IMG/VR virus record: IMGVR_UViG_3300032167_000004
Coordinates: 96,001-160,000 of that record
Source of the DNA: a virus
Lineage: Duplodnaviria > Caudoviricetes
Reading direction: 5' to 3' (one strand)
Length of the DNA: 64,000 nt
Each line of letters begins with the position of its first letter. Within the stretch, counting starts at the first letter, position 1. A model generated the notes under the pieces. That model saw only the letters and a program-made list of their open reading frames with translations, did no database searches and was not told the origin of the DNA. Made by a program: the position numbers and the translations under genes. Below, in pieces: positions 1 to 8,581 of this stretch.

Positions 1-104
1 TTGAAAATACTAGACCTGAAATAATGGATTATGAAATTGATGAATTATTATCTGTTAGAGATTATAAGGATAAATCAAGAATCGTTGTAAAATTCCTTAA
101 ATGA
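1..104 (+). CDS. 3' end of a hypothetical protein (begins before window)
   Basis: Open frame 3..104 (ENTRPEIMDYEIDELLSVRDYKDKSRIVVKFLK*), followed by a hairpin. Confidence 0.6.
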   Translation, partial: ENTRPEIMDYEIDELLSVRDYKDKSRIVVKFLK

Positions 105-112
105 AATATATA

Positions 113-148
113 ATGTATCATAGTAGGTTTTTATCTACTATGATACAT
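113..148. terminator. Stem-loop, probable terminator/processing hairpin
   Basis: ATGTATCATAGTAG-8nt-CTACTATGATACAT perfect 14-bp inverted repeat. Confidence 0.6.
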
Positions 149-178
149 ATTTATAAAGAAAGAGGAGGATATATTATT

Positions 179-445
179 ATGAAAACTGTAGAATTTAATG
201 AAAAACAAATTGATCGTATTGATGATGTTCATCATGCAGTATATGATTGTATTTTGAGTGTTATTGGAGTCGGGGTAAATAAAGAAGACTTTCCTTGGGA
301 TATGAGTATCATTGGTCCAGTTACTGAAAATATTATCGGTACTTTGTTAGCTCATAGAGCAGTTGATAAAATTTATTTTCCTAGTAGAGTTCAGGAAAGA
401 AATGGAGATATCCATATCGAAGATTATTATAAATTGGAAGATTAA
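179..445 (+). CDS. Hypothetical protein (88 aa)
   Basis: AGGAGG RBS before ATG 179; the ORF-track start at 101 runs through the hairpin. Confidence 0.75.
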   Translation: MKTVEFNEKQIDRIDDVHHAVYDCILSVIGVGVNKEDFPWDMSIIGPVTENIIGTLLAHRAVDKIYFPSRVQERNGDIHIEDYYKLED

Positions 446-448
446 TAT

Positions 449-718
449 ATGATGAAACTATCTAAATTTTTATATACATACCAAAATCGAAATGTTCAAA
501 GAAATAGATATATCTATAGGATTGTTGATTTTAGAGATTTATCTAATTTTGTAGATGGTGATGGTGAATTTCTAACAGCTAAAGAGTTAAAAGAAAAATT
601 ATCATCAGATTATAATTTTATAGATGAAATTCCTACTGAATTTATGGACTGTCCAGTATATAATATTACACCAGAGATTGATAATAATCAACTCTATTTA
701 CGAATCGTTATAGTTTGA
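449..718 (+). CDS. Hypothetical protein
   Basis: Tightly packed ORF in + strand operon. Confidence 0.7.
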   Translation: MMKLSKFLYTYQNRNVQRNRYIYRIVDFRDLSNFVDGDGEFLTAKELKEKLSSDYNFIDEIPTEFMDCPVYNITPEIDNNQLYLRIVIV

Positions 719-733
719 GAGGGGATTTAATAA

Positions 734-1204
734 ATGTCTTATCCTAAAATTGATGAACGTATTGAAAAACATCTTAATGATTATACCTTTATAACTGCGT
801 ATAAAGCTCTCGATGGAACAATTTTCTATGCTGATCAAGATGGAGCAATAGAAAAATTTAAAGAGCATAATAAGAAAATTATTATGGATTTGGAAAATCA
901 AATGGGTGGCAATGTGTCAATTTATAGAGCAGATTATTTCTTTACAGGATATAAGAATGCATATGTTAAATTCCACAATGCTATTGGAAAAACTCAGTTT
1001 ATTACTTGGTGTAAATATAATAAAATTAGTCTAAAAAATAAAGATGATATCATTGATATATTAGAATTTGAAAAATGGTATGGTGTCAGTATGAGCGGTA
1101 ATATGTATCAATTGCAAACAATTGATATTGAAGAATATTTGACTAAATTTAATGAATTAAAGTATAACTTAGATAATGCTAATAAAAATGAAGTATTTGT
1201 GTAG
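734..1204 (+). CDS. Hypothetical protein (paralog-like of next gene)
   Basis: GAGGGG RBS; AxDGxxF motif shared with 1216..1668. Confidence 0.75.
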   Translation: MSYPKIDERIEKHLNDYTFITAYKALDGTIFYADQDGAIEKFKEHNKKIIMDLENQMGGNVSIYRADYFFTGYKNAYVKFHNAIGKTQFITWCKYNKISLKNKDDIIDILEFEKWYGVSMSGNMYQLQTIDIEEYLTKFNELKYNLDNANKNEVFV

Positions 1205-1215
1205 GAGTAATACTT

Positions 1216-1668
1216 ATGAAGGAAATTAAAGTAAATATAGCAGTATCATTTGATGGTAAAGAATTTTATGGTAATAACCGTAAAGAAGAATGTAAAGCTT
1301 ATGAACAAGAAATTATTAATAGTATCGAAAAAGAAATGTGTAATCATGTAATTATTTACCATAAAGACGTAATGTTAGGTTATGATTATCATGATGCTCA
1401 TATTTGTTTTATTACAGAATATGGTAAAGAATTATTTAATAATTGGTGTCTTGCTAATTCTATTAGAATGGATTTAACACATTTAAGTAGTTTGGAACTT
1501 AATAAATGGTATCATATTTACGATAATGATGGATATTCATATTATTTTAGTTCCACTAGTTTAGATGAATTAATTGTTAAATATAACAAACTTTATCATA
1601 CTTTAAATGATAAAGGTAAGCATCATATGAATGGTGAATCTGTAAGTAGTCCTTTTATTACAGATTAA
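1216..1668 (+). CDS. Hypothetical protein
   Basis: AGGAG RBS; SFDGKEF...EECKAYE N-terminus typical of small phage proteins. Confidence 0.75.
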   Translation: MKEIKVNIAVSFDGKEFYGNNRKEECKAYEQEIINSIEKEMCNHVIIYHKDVMLGYDYHDAHICFITEYGKELFNNWCLANSIRMDLTHLSSLELNKWYHIYDNDGYSYYFSSTSLDELIVKYNKLYHTLNDKGKHHMNGESVSSPFITD

Positions 1669-1690
1669 TTTATGTTTAGAGGAGAATAAA

Positions 1691-2272
1691 ATGATTTTAA
1701 GTGGTAAACAAATTTTAAAAGAAATGGAAACTGGTAATATTGGAATTACTCCTTTTAATATTAATCAGTTAAATCCTAATAGTTATAATCTTAAGTTAGC
1801 TAATGAATTATTAGTTTATGATATTCCAAGGATTGAGAACGCTAGAGGATTTGGTAATGAGTTTGTAACTACTGACTATACAACACTTCAACCTTTAGAT
1901 ATGCATAAAGATAATCCTACTAGGACAATTAGAATTCCTGAAGAAGGATATGTATTATATCCTGGAATGCTTTATCTTGGTAAAACAGTAGAGTTCACAG
2001 AGACACATAATTTTATTCCTTGTGTTGAAGGCAGAAGTTCTATTGGTAGACTTGGTATTAATATTCATATTACTGCAGGACTCGGTCAAGTTGGATTTGC
2101 TGGACATTTTGTACTCGAAATTAGTGTAGTACAACCTGTAAGAATTTATCCTAATAGTGAAATCTGTCAGATTTATTATCATGAAATTAAGGGTGAAATC
2201 GAAGAATATAAAGGAAAATATCAAAATCAAACTGACACTGTCGGTTCTCGTATTTATGAGGAATGTAAATAA
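1691..2272 (+). CDS. dcd: dCTP deaminase
   Basis: MILS..., QLNPNSYNL, EGRSSIGRLG, HITAG..GF.G...LEI, ICQI, Y.GKYQ.Q motifs. Confidence 0.92.
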   Translation: MILSGKQILKEMETGNIGITPFNINQLNPNSYNLKLANELLVYDIPRIENARGFGNEFVTTDYTTLQPLDMHKDNPTRTIRIPEEGYVLYPGMLYLGKTVEFTETHNFIPCVEGRSSIGRLGINIHITAGLGQVGFAGHFVLEISVVQPVRIYPNSEICQIYYHEIKGEIEEYKGKYQNQTDTVGSRIYEECK

Positions 2273-2460
2273 TGAAATTAAAAGAATTTAATTTTAATGA
2301 TATTAAGCTTGTAGGTCCAACCGGTCTTTGTATTCGTAAAGATGGTGTAAATTATGAGGGTTTTATCGGAGAAGTTTTAAATAAAATTCCTATTGAATTC
2401 GCAGAACTTGAAATCAAAGAAACCAGATGGTATTTTAATATTTTTGTAATTGAATTATAA
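2272..2460 (+). CDS. Hypothetical protein
   Basis: TAATG overlap with dcd, GAGG RBS. Confidence 0.7.
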   Translation: MKLKEFNFNDIKLVGPTGLCIRKDGVNYEGFIGEVLNKIPIEFAELEIKETRWYFNIFVIEL

Positions 2461-2470
2461 GAGGTATATT

Positions 2471-2692
2471 ATGAATATCTTTAGATTTTTCAACGATCAT
2501 AATTATAGATTTTCTCAATATCCATCTTGTGATCATTTAAATTGTGCATTGAATATATTGCTTCAAGATCCTATGAAAAATAGAGTTGCTATTGAAGAAA
2601 TTTGTTATGCAGTAGTTAAAGCTGATGGATATTTTTATGATTATATAAAAGAAAAATTAATTGAGCATGGATATAGTAGATTTGTGAAATAA
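2471..2692 (+). CDS. Hypothetical protein
   Basis: AAGAGG RBS before ATG 2471. Confidence 0.7.
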   Translation: MNIFRFFNDHNYRFSQYPSCDHLNCALNILLQDPMKNRVAIEEICYAVVKADGYFYDYIKEKLIEHGYSRFVK

Positions 2693-2693
2693 T

Positions 2694-2729
2694 TTGTCCC
2701 CATACAGGTAAATTCCTGTATGGGGACAA
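2694..2729. terminator. Terminator between convergent genes
   Basis: TTGTCCCCATACAGG-TAAATT-CCTGTATGGGGACAA followed by T-run. Confidence 0.85.
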
Positions 2730-2738
2730 TTTTTTTAT

Positions 2739-4919
2739 TTAATCACATTTACTATATCCACAATTTTTACATTCAATACAACCATTATTATGAATCATAG
2801 GTTCATTACATTTAGGACATCTAGGACCATTACTCTTCTCTTCTTTTTTTTCTCCCATTAATTCCTTCTGCATTTCCAATAATGCTTTACCAACAGCAGT
2901 AGGACAACATGCACCAGGAGAAGTATCATTCTTAGTAGCTTTTCTAACTGCATAAGAAGGACATACACCACAAGAATTTAATTGATCTACAATATCATCT
3001 GTAGTAACTCCAGCACGAGCACTTAAACTAATCATACGGCTTAATCCAATCATGAAATTATTACAGCCACCTGTGGAACCTTTACTCAGATAAACTTCAC
3101 GAAGATCCTTAGTTTTAGCATCAAAATATGCTAAACAATGTAAAGAACCACAACCAGTAATCAGCTTACGTTTCATACCAATCATTTCATTAGTTGCAGC
3201 AACTACATGACCTCTAGTTTCTTCAACTTTAGTTTCATTCTTAGGTTTGTCTGTTTCTAGTACAGCATCTCTAGCACAACCTGCTCTGTAGATTGTAATA
3301 CCTTTTAATCCTGCTTTCCAGGCTTCCATATAAATATTCTCAACATCTTCAACTGTACATTCATTAGGAAGATTAATTGTAGAAGAAATGGAAGCATCAA
3401 TCCATTTTTGCCAAGCAGCTTGACACCCAATTCTATCTAAAGGTTTAATATCAGAAGCAACAACAAACTTAGAAGGTAATTCTTCTTCAGTAACATTATG
3501 TCTTTTCATATACTCTGCCACAATAGGAGTATACACTTTATAATAAACTTCTTTTCCACCATGTAAGCTAATAGTTTTTCTAGTATAAGAATTTGCAAAA
3601 ATAGGCTCAATACCACCACTTATACCTAATAAGTTGGAAATAGTACCAGTAGGTGCAATAGTTAATAACTGGGAATTTCTTAAATGTTTAGTTTCAATAC
3701 CTAACTCTTTAATCATAGGAGAACTATTAACAGCTTCCATATTATATGCTTCATAAGCACCAAATTCTCCACCAAGTTCATCAGAAGCTAAAACAGCAGT
3801 TTTAAACATTTCTTTTGCAACTTTTTCACAGAATTTATTGGCAGTTTTAGAACCATATACATATCCTAATTTAATCAGACAATCTGCTAAACCAAAAATA
3901 CCACATCCAATTTGTCTCCACTTACCAACACTACGTTTCTGTTCTTCAAGAGGATGTAATTCTAATCCTTCATCTAATACTTCATTAGAAGCTCTAACAA
4001 CAATTTTGACAGCTCTTCTAAATTCATTCATATCAAATTTTGCCTTATCAGTAAAAGGATTAGTTACAAATTCAGACAGATTAATAGCAGAGAGGAGGCA
4101 TGACCCGCCAGCCGGAAGGGGCTCCTCCGCACAGGGATTAACTCCAGCATATTCAAAATTAGGATCATTCACTAACATATTATTATTAGTAATATTATCC
4201 CAGAATAACATACCAGGTTCAGCATAATCCCAATTATTTTTACATAAAGTATTAAATAACTCTTTAGCTTTGATTACCTTTTCAATTTTTTCACCAGTTT
4301 CAGGTCTAGTGAATGATAATGTGAAATCTTCATTATTTTTAACAGCTTGCATAAATTTATCAGTCACTCTAACTGAAATATTAGCATTATTAATTTTATG
4401 TAAATCGGATTTAACTTTTACAAATTCAAATATATCAGGATGCCATACCGGAATAGAAATCATAGATGCGCCTCTACGTTGGTTCTGGCCAATTATACCA
4501 GTAGTAATATCATATAGATCCATAAATGATACTGCACCAGTAGATGCTTTAGCAGCATTATTAACTTTAGCACCTCTAGGAGCGAGTTTTCCAACGTCCA
4601 CGCCACAGCCTCCCCCATACGAGAAAGTTCGTGCTAATTTCTTTGCTGCCTCAAAAATACTTTCAATATTATCCTCAGGAGGTTCAATAACATAGCAATT
4701 GGAATAGGTTTTCTTACCTTTAATACCTCTATTGGCAAGAATTCTACCACCAAATAAGAATTTCTTTTCTTTAATTAATTCTCTAACTTCTATATTTCCA
4801 CCGCTAACACGGTCTAACCATTCTTCAAAAGTTTCATTATTATATTGATATTTCTTTTTCCAAATATCAATACCAAGTTGATTATCATTACCCAACCATT
4901 CTTGAAGTTCCATAGACAT
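2739..4919 (-). CDS. nrdJ: Class II adenosylcobalamin-dependent ribonucleotide reductase
   Basis: SNC, GGGCG, RRGA, EPG, NPCAE, TIAPTGT, SISSTINLP motifs; C-terminal TSCPD-like domain and CxxC..CxxC zinc ribbon; no small-subunit gene nearby. Confidence 0.92.
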   Translation of the reverse strand: MSMELQEWLGNDNQLGIDIWKKKYQYNNETFEEWLDRVSGGNIEVRELIKEKKFLFGGRILANRGIKGKKTYSNCYVIEPPEDNIESIFEAAKKLARTFSYGGGCGVDVGKLAPRGAKVNNAAKASTGAVSFMDLYDITTGIIGQNQRRGASMISIPVWHPDIFEFVKVKSDLHKINNANISVRVTDKFMQAVKNNEDFTLSFTRPETGEKIEKVIKAKELFNTLCKNNWDYAEPGMLFWDNITNNNMLVNDPNFEYAGVNPCAEEPLPAGGSCLLSAINLSEFVTNPFTDKAKFDMNEFRRAVKIVVRASNEVLDEGLELHPLEEQKRSVGKWRQIGCGIFGLADCLIKLGYVYGSKTANKFCEKVAKEMFKTAVLASDELGGEFGAYEAYNMEAVNSSPMIKELGIETKHLRNSQLLTIAPTGTISNLLGISGGIEPIFANSYTRKTISLHGGKEVYYKVYTPIVAEYMKRHNVTEEELPSKFVVASDIKPLDRIGCQAAWQKWIDASISSTINLPNECTVEDVENIYMEAWKAGLKGITIYRAGCARDAVLETDKPKNETKVEETRGHVVAATNEMIGMKRKLITGCGSLHCLAYFDAKTKDLREVYLSKGSTGGCNNFMIGLSRMISLSARAGVTTDDIVDQLNSCGVCPSYAVRKATKNDTSPGACCPTAVGKALLEMQKELMGEKKEEKSNGPRCPKCNEPMIHNNGCIECKNCGYSKCD

Positions 4920-4962
4920 TATTTCTCCTTAAAAATATAAAATTAATTAAAAAATTGCTATT

Positions 4963-4974
4963 TATAAATTTGTT
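4963..4974 (-). promoter_or_regulatory. Putative phage late promoter AACA-N6-TA (nrdJ)
   Basis: Minus strand AACAAATTTATA. Confidence 0.55.
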
Positions 4975-5032
4975 TTTACTATAATTAAAAGTAGTTTGAA
5001 ATAGTTTATAATAAGGATTTTCTTATTATAAC

Positions 5033-5044
5033 AACATTTTTATA
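5033..5044 (+). promoter_or_regulatory. Putative phage late promoter AACA-N6-TA
   Basis: AACATTTTTATA, identical to 60797-60808. Confidence 0.6.
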
Positions 5045-5076
5045 AATAATAAAGATTATTTATAAGAGGTGAAATT

Positions 5077-6318
5077 ATGAGAGAATATACTGTATCTCAA
5101 ACATCTTTAGCTCATACATATGGAAATGTTACTTGTCAAATAGTTGACTATTTAAAAAAGATGTTTCCTGAAGGATATTTTAAAACAGTACATGTAAGTT
5201 CTACAATTGCATATAGACAATTTAATGTATTTCAAAATTCTAATAAAGAATTTTTAAAGAAAAGTAAACCTATGTTAATTATTAGACCTAGAATAGAAAT
5301 AAATGATTCAGATACATTCTTATACAATACGTATATGACCACTAGAATGACTGATAATTTTATGGATACTTCGTTCACTAATTTACAACCATTTATTGAA
5401 GATAATGAACGAGGAAACTGTATGAAATTTTTATTGAATAGATTAAAAATGTTATTTGATGTTACTATAATAAATGAAACACAAATAGAGCAATTAAATA
5501 TTGCTCATTTCTTTAAAAATAGAGTAAGACAGGATGCTCCTTTCTTTATTCAGACTTCATTAGAAAGTTATATTCCTAGGGAATTAATGAGAGTTATGTC
5601 AGAAGATGTCGGTATTCCAATGTATGATGAAAATGGTTCTATTGCTAATTTTTTAAATTATGTAAATGGTGTATCTGTATATCCAATTACATATAAAATG
5701 AAAAATAGTAGTGGTAATGACGAATTCTTTAGACATTATCCTGTTAATATTGATACTATAATTCAAGGATTAAGTATTGATGATGGTAGTAAAAAAGGAT
5801 TTGTATCCGATGCATTTACTACTTCGTTCACTGTATCTACTGAATTTAATTCCGCAGGTTTATATTATTATTTTGCGTATACGCCTAATCTTATTGAAAA
5901 ATTAGATGTTAATTTGAATGAGACTAGTGATAATAGAATTATTCCTCTATTTACTATTAATAATTTAGATGAAAAAAGACCTGGAGATGGTTGGAATGTC
6001 TACACCGCTCCTATTTATAAAACTACAGAAAAACCTGATATAACTGAATTTGGTACATTGATGAATAATAGTATGACTGCTGTTATTAAGTATCATAAAG
6101 ATCATAATATTCCTTTAAGTGTATTTATGAGATATAGAGTTACTAAAGATAATGTAGATTTAAGAGATAAAGTGGATTATTCTATTGATTTTGATAAGTA
6201 TACTCTAACTACATATAATTGTAACCATAGTTCTACATATAGATTTATTTTATATGTGAATACGCTATATATTAATGAATTAATTAATGACATCTTAGAA
6301 TTATCTGAAGAGAAATAA
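5077..6318 (+). CDS. Jumbo-phage protein of unknown function, possibly virion structural
   Basis: 413-aa ORF with GAGGTG RBS, late-type promoter and own hairpin. Confidence 0.75.
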   Translation: MREYTVSQTSLAHTYGNVTCQIVDYLKKMFPEGYFKTVHVSSTIAYRQFNVFQNSNKEFLKKSKPMLIIRPRIEINDSDTFLYNTYMTTRMTDNFMDTSFTNLQPFIEDNERGNCMKFLLNRLKMLFDVTIINETQIEQLNIAHFFKNRVRQDAPFFIQTSLESYIPRELMRVMSEDVGIPMYDENGSIANFLNYVNGVSVYPITYKMKNSSGNDEFFRHYPVNIDTIIQGLSIDDGSKKGFVSDAFTTSFTVSTEFNSAGLYYYFAYTPNLIEKLDVNLNETSDNRIIPLFTINNLDEKRPGDGWNVYTAPIYKTTEKPDITEFGTLMNNSMTAVIKYHKDHNIPLSVFMRYRVTKDNVDLRDKVDYSIDFDKYTLTTYNCNHSSTYRFILYVNTLYINELINDILELSEEK

Positions 6319-6321
6319 TTA

Positions 6322-6350
6322 ATGAGGTATAGGATTATCCTATACCTCAT
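6322..6350 (+). terminator. Terminator hairpin
   Basis: ATGAGGTATAGGA-TTA-TCCTATACCTCAT. Confidence 0.75.
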
Positions 6351-6367
6351 ATTTTAATTTCATTTAT

Positions 6368-6388
6368 AAATATATATTATTATAGTAT
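6368..6388 (+). promoter_or_regulatory. Putative early (virion-RNAP) promoter
   Basis: AAATATATATTATTATAGTAT, identical 21-mer at 62370-62390; TATATT core like phiKZ-type early promoters. Confidence 0.65.
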
Positions 6389-6421
6389 ATAAAATAAAAA
6401 TATTTGAAAGGTGTTAAAATT

Positions 6422-8524
6422 ATGAAAACCTCAGAAATTATTAAAAGATTAAATAAGTTCAATAATAAGATTTCTTCTAATAATAAATATATAAATAGAG
6501 ACGCCTCTTGGGTTCTATTTAATCAAAGATGTCTTCATCAAACCCTTAGAAAAGAAATTCCTATTATTGAACGTTGTAACTTTTTGAATATCACATCCTC
6601 TAATTTGGATGAGTTCATTTCTGTCAGATTATCTGCAATAAAAAATAAAATGTATAAAGATAAGAATGAACCTGAAATTTCTGGAATGAATCCAATGGAT
6701 GAATATTCACTATTGATTGAAGGTATTCGTGATTTTAAAGACCTTCAAAATTTGTGTTATGAAAAATTGGTTACTAAGTTAGATATTAAATATCATATTA
6801 AACTCACTAAGTTTAAAGAACTATCTAAGGATGAGAAGTCTTATATCGGAAAAATTTTCTATAATAATATCTTTCCCCTACTAGTACCAATTAATTATGA
6901 TACAACTAAAGAATTTCCAGAATTAATGTCTGGACAGTTGAGTATTATCGTAGCTATAGAAGATATTCATGATAAAAACTTTCAAGTTCTCTCTTTTATT
7001 CCTTTGGATAAAAATCTAAAAACTATTTATAAACTTCCTGATAAAAATAGATATATTACTTTGGAAGAAATTATTTATGGTTATCTTGATAAGATTTATT
7101 ATGGAAAGAAAATTCTTAATTATGGTATGATTAAGCTCATTAGAGAAGCAGATATTGAGTTGAGTCATAATGAAGATGTATATATTACAGATCGTATGAA
7201 AAGAACTCTTCTTAATAGAAGATACAGCTCTCCAATCTTTATGGATATGACATCAAATATTTCAAATGATCTTCAGAAATTATTAATGAAGATTTTTGAA
7301 TTAAATAAGAGACATATTTATGTAAATGACAATAGTATTAATTATAAAGCATTAGTTGATATTAGTATTATTGATGGTAAATATGATAAATTTGAACCTC
7401 AATATCCTGAAGAACTTCTTGGTGTCCATGATATGTTTGCAGCTATCGATAATGGAGACATTTTACTTCATCATCCATATGAAAGTTATGATCCTGTAGT
7501 TAAATTCTTAGAGCATTCTGCAAATGATAATGATGTATTATCTATTAAGCAGACACTTTATAGAGTATCTAGTATTGATTCTCCTATAGTTAATGCTCTT
7601 TGTAAAGCTGCAGAGAATGGAAAGAATGTTGCAGTAATTCTTGAAATTAAAGCAAGATTTGATGAAGATAGAAATCTCTCTATGATTGATAAGTTAAAAA
7701 CTAGTGGTGTTAAATTAATTTATGGTAATGAGACTTTAAAAACTCATTGTAAATTTATTACTGTAGTAAAACGTTCTGGTGATAAATTAAAAATTTATTC
7801 TCATATGGGTACTGGAAATTATAATGACAATACAGCTAAGATCTATACAGATATTTCTTTCTTTACATCTAATTTTAAAGTAGGTAGAGATCTTTGTACT
7901 ATTTTCAATATGTTATCTGGATTTGCTGATCCTAATGTAAATATTGATAAGTTATATTTCTCACCTTATACTCTTAGAAAGAAACTCATCAGTTCTATTG
8001 ATAATGAAATTAAGAATGCTAAAAATGGTAAGCGAGCAATTATTACTATTAAAGTAAATTCTATTTCTGATAAAATTATGATCGATAAACTATATGAAGC
8101 TTCTAAACATGGAGTACAAGTTGTAATTTTCTGTAGAGGTATATGTTCTATGAAGCCTATTAATGAGAATATTATTATTCGTTCCATTGTAGGTAGATAT
8201 CTTGAGCATAGTAGAATTTTCTATTTCTTTAATAATAAAGAACCCAATATTTATATTTCTAGTGCAGATTTGTTAACTAGAAATTTAGATAAACGGTTTG
8301 AATTATTGATTCCTTTAAAGGATGAAGATGTTAAAGAAAAAGCAATGAAGATTCTTAGTATGTATTATAGAGATGATTATAATACATATCAAATGGATAA
8401 ACATGGAAGATATCATAAACTTGATGGGAAAACTAATATTCATCAGTTATTTATGGATGAAGCTATTGAAAATTATAAGTTGAAGAGTATTCCTAAGATG
8501 GTAAAAAGAAATACAAAGAAATGA
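6422..8524 (+). CDS. ppk1: Polyphosphate kinase 1
   Basis: NRDASW..FN.R, SSNLDEF..VR, HHPYES, IKQTLYR, EIKARFDE, KTHCK, GTGNYN, SIVGRYLEHSR, SAD...RNL..RFE; start placed at ATG 6422 after AAAGGTG. Confidence 0.95.
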   Translation: MKTSEIIKRLNKFNNKISSNNKYINRDASWVLFNQRCLHQTLRKEIPIIERCNFLNITSSNLDEFISVRLSAIKNKMYKDKNEPEISGMNPMDEYSLLIEGIRDFKDLQNLCYEKLVTKLDIKYHIKLTKFKELSKDEKSYIGKIFYNNIFPLLVPINYDTTKEFPELMSGQLSIIVAIEDIHDKNFQVLSFIPLDKNLKTIYKLPDKNRYITLEEIIYGYLDKIYYGKKILNYGMIKLIREADIELSHNEDVYITDRMKRTLLNRRYSSPIFMDMTSNISNDLQKLLMKIFELNKRHIYVNDNSINYKALVDISIIDGKYDKFEPQYPEELLGVHDMFAAIDNGDILLHHPYESYDPVVKFLEHSANDNDVLSIKQTLYRVSSIDSPIVNALCKAAENGKNVAVILEIKARFDEDRNLSMIDKLKTSGVKLIYGNETLKTHCKFITVVKRSGDKLKIYSHMGTGNYNDNTAKIYTDISFFTSNFKVGRDLCTIFNMLSGFADPNVNIDKLYFSPYTLRKKLISSIDNEIKNAKNGKRAIITIKVNSISDKIMIDKLYEASKHGVQVVIFCRGICSMKPINENIIIRSIVGRYLEHSRIFYFFNNKEPNIYISSADLLTRNLDKRFELLIPLKDEDVKEKAMKILSMYYRDDYNTYQMDKHGRYHKLDGKTNIHQLFMDEAIENYKLKSIPKMVKRNTKK

Positions 8525-8527
8525 AAT

Positions 8528-8559
8528 TAGGGAATCCTGGAATTAACCAGGATTCCCTA
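8528..8559. terminator. Terminator between convergent genes
   Basis: TAGGGAATCCTGG-AATTAA-CCAGGATTCCCTA. Confidence 0.8.
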
Positions 8560-8581
8560 TTATATTATTTTTTTATTCTTT

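Noticed and set aside
101-178. ORF-track N-terminal extensions (101, 2450, 6404, 17197, 38005, 39395, 57757)
   Set aside because: Downstream ATGs have the clear Shine-Dalgarno; the extensions overlap hairpins, RBSs or neighbouring genes.
3838-4695. Plus-strand ORFs antisense to nrdJ, and similar antisense ORFs across the fibre region (e.g. 46599..47060, 63465..63920)
   Set aside because: Shadow frames of strongly biased coding genes; no RBS or protein-like features.
2739-4919. Intein or intron in nrdJ
   Set aside because: Protein is contiguous and of normal length across all motifs; the sites are empty.
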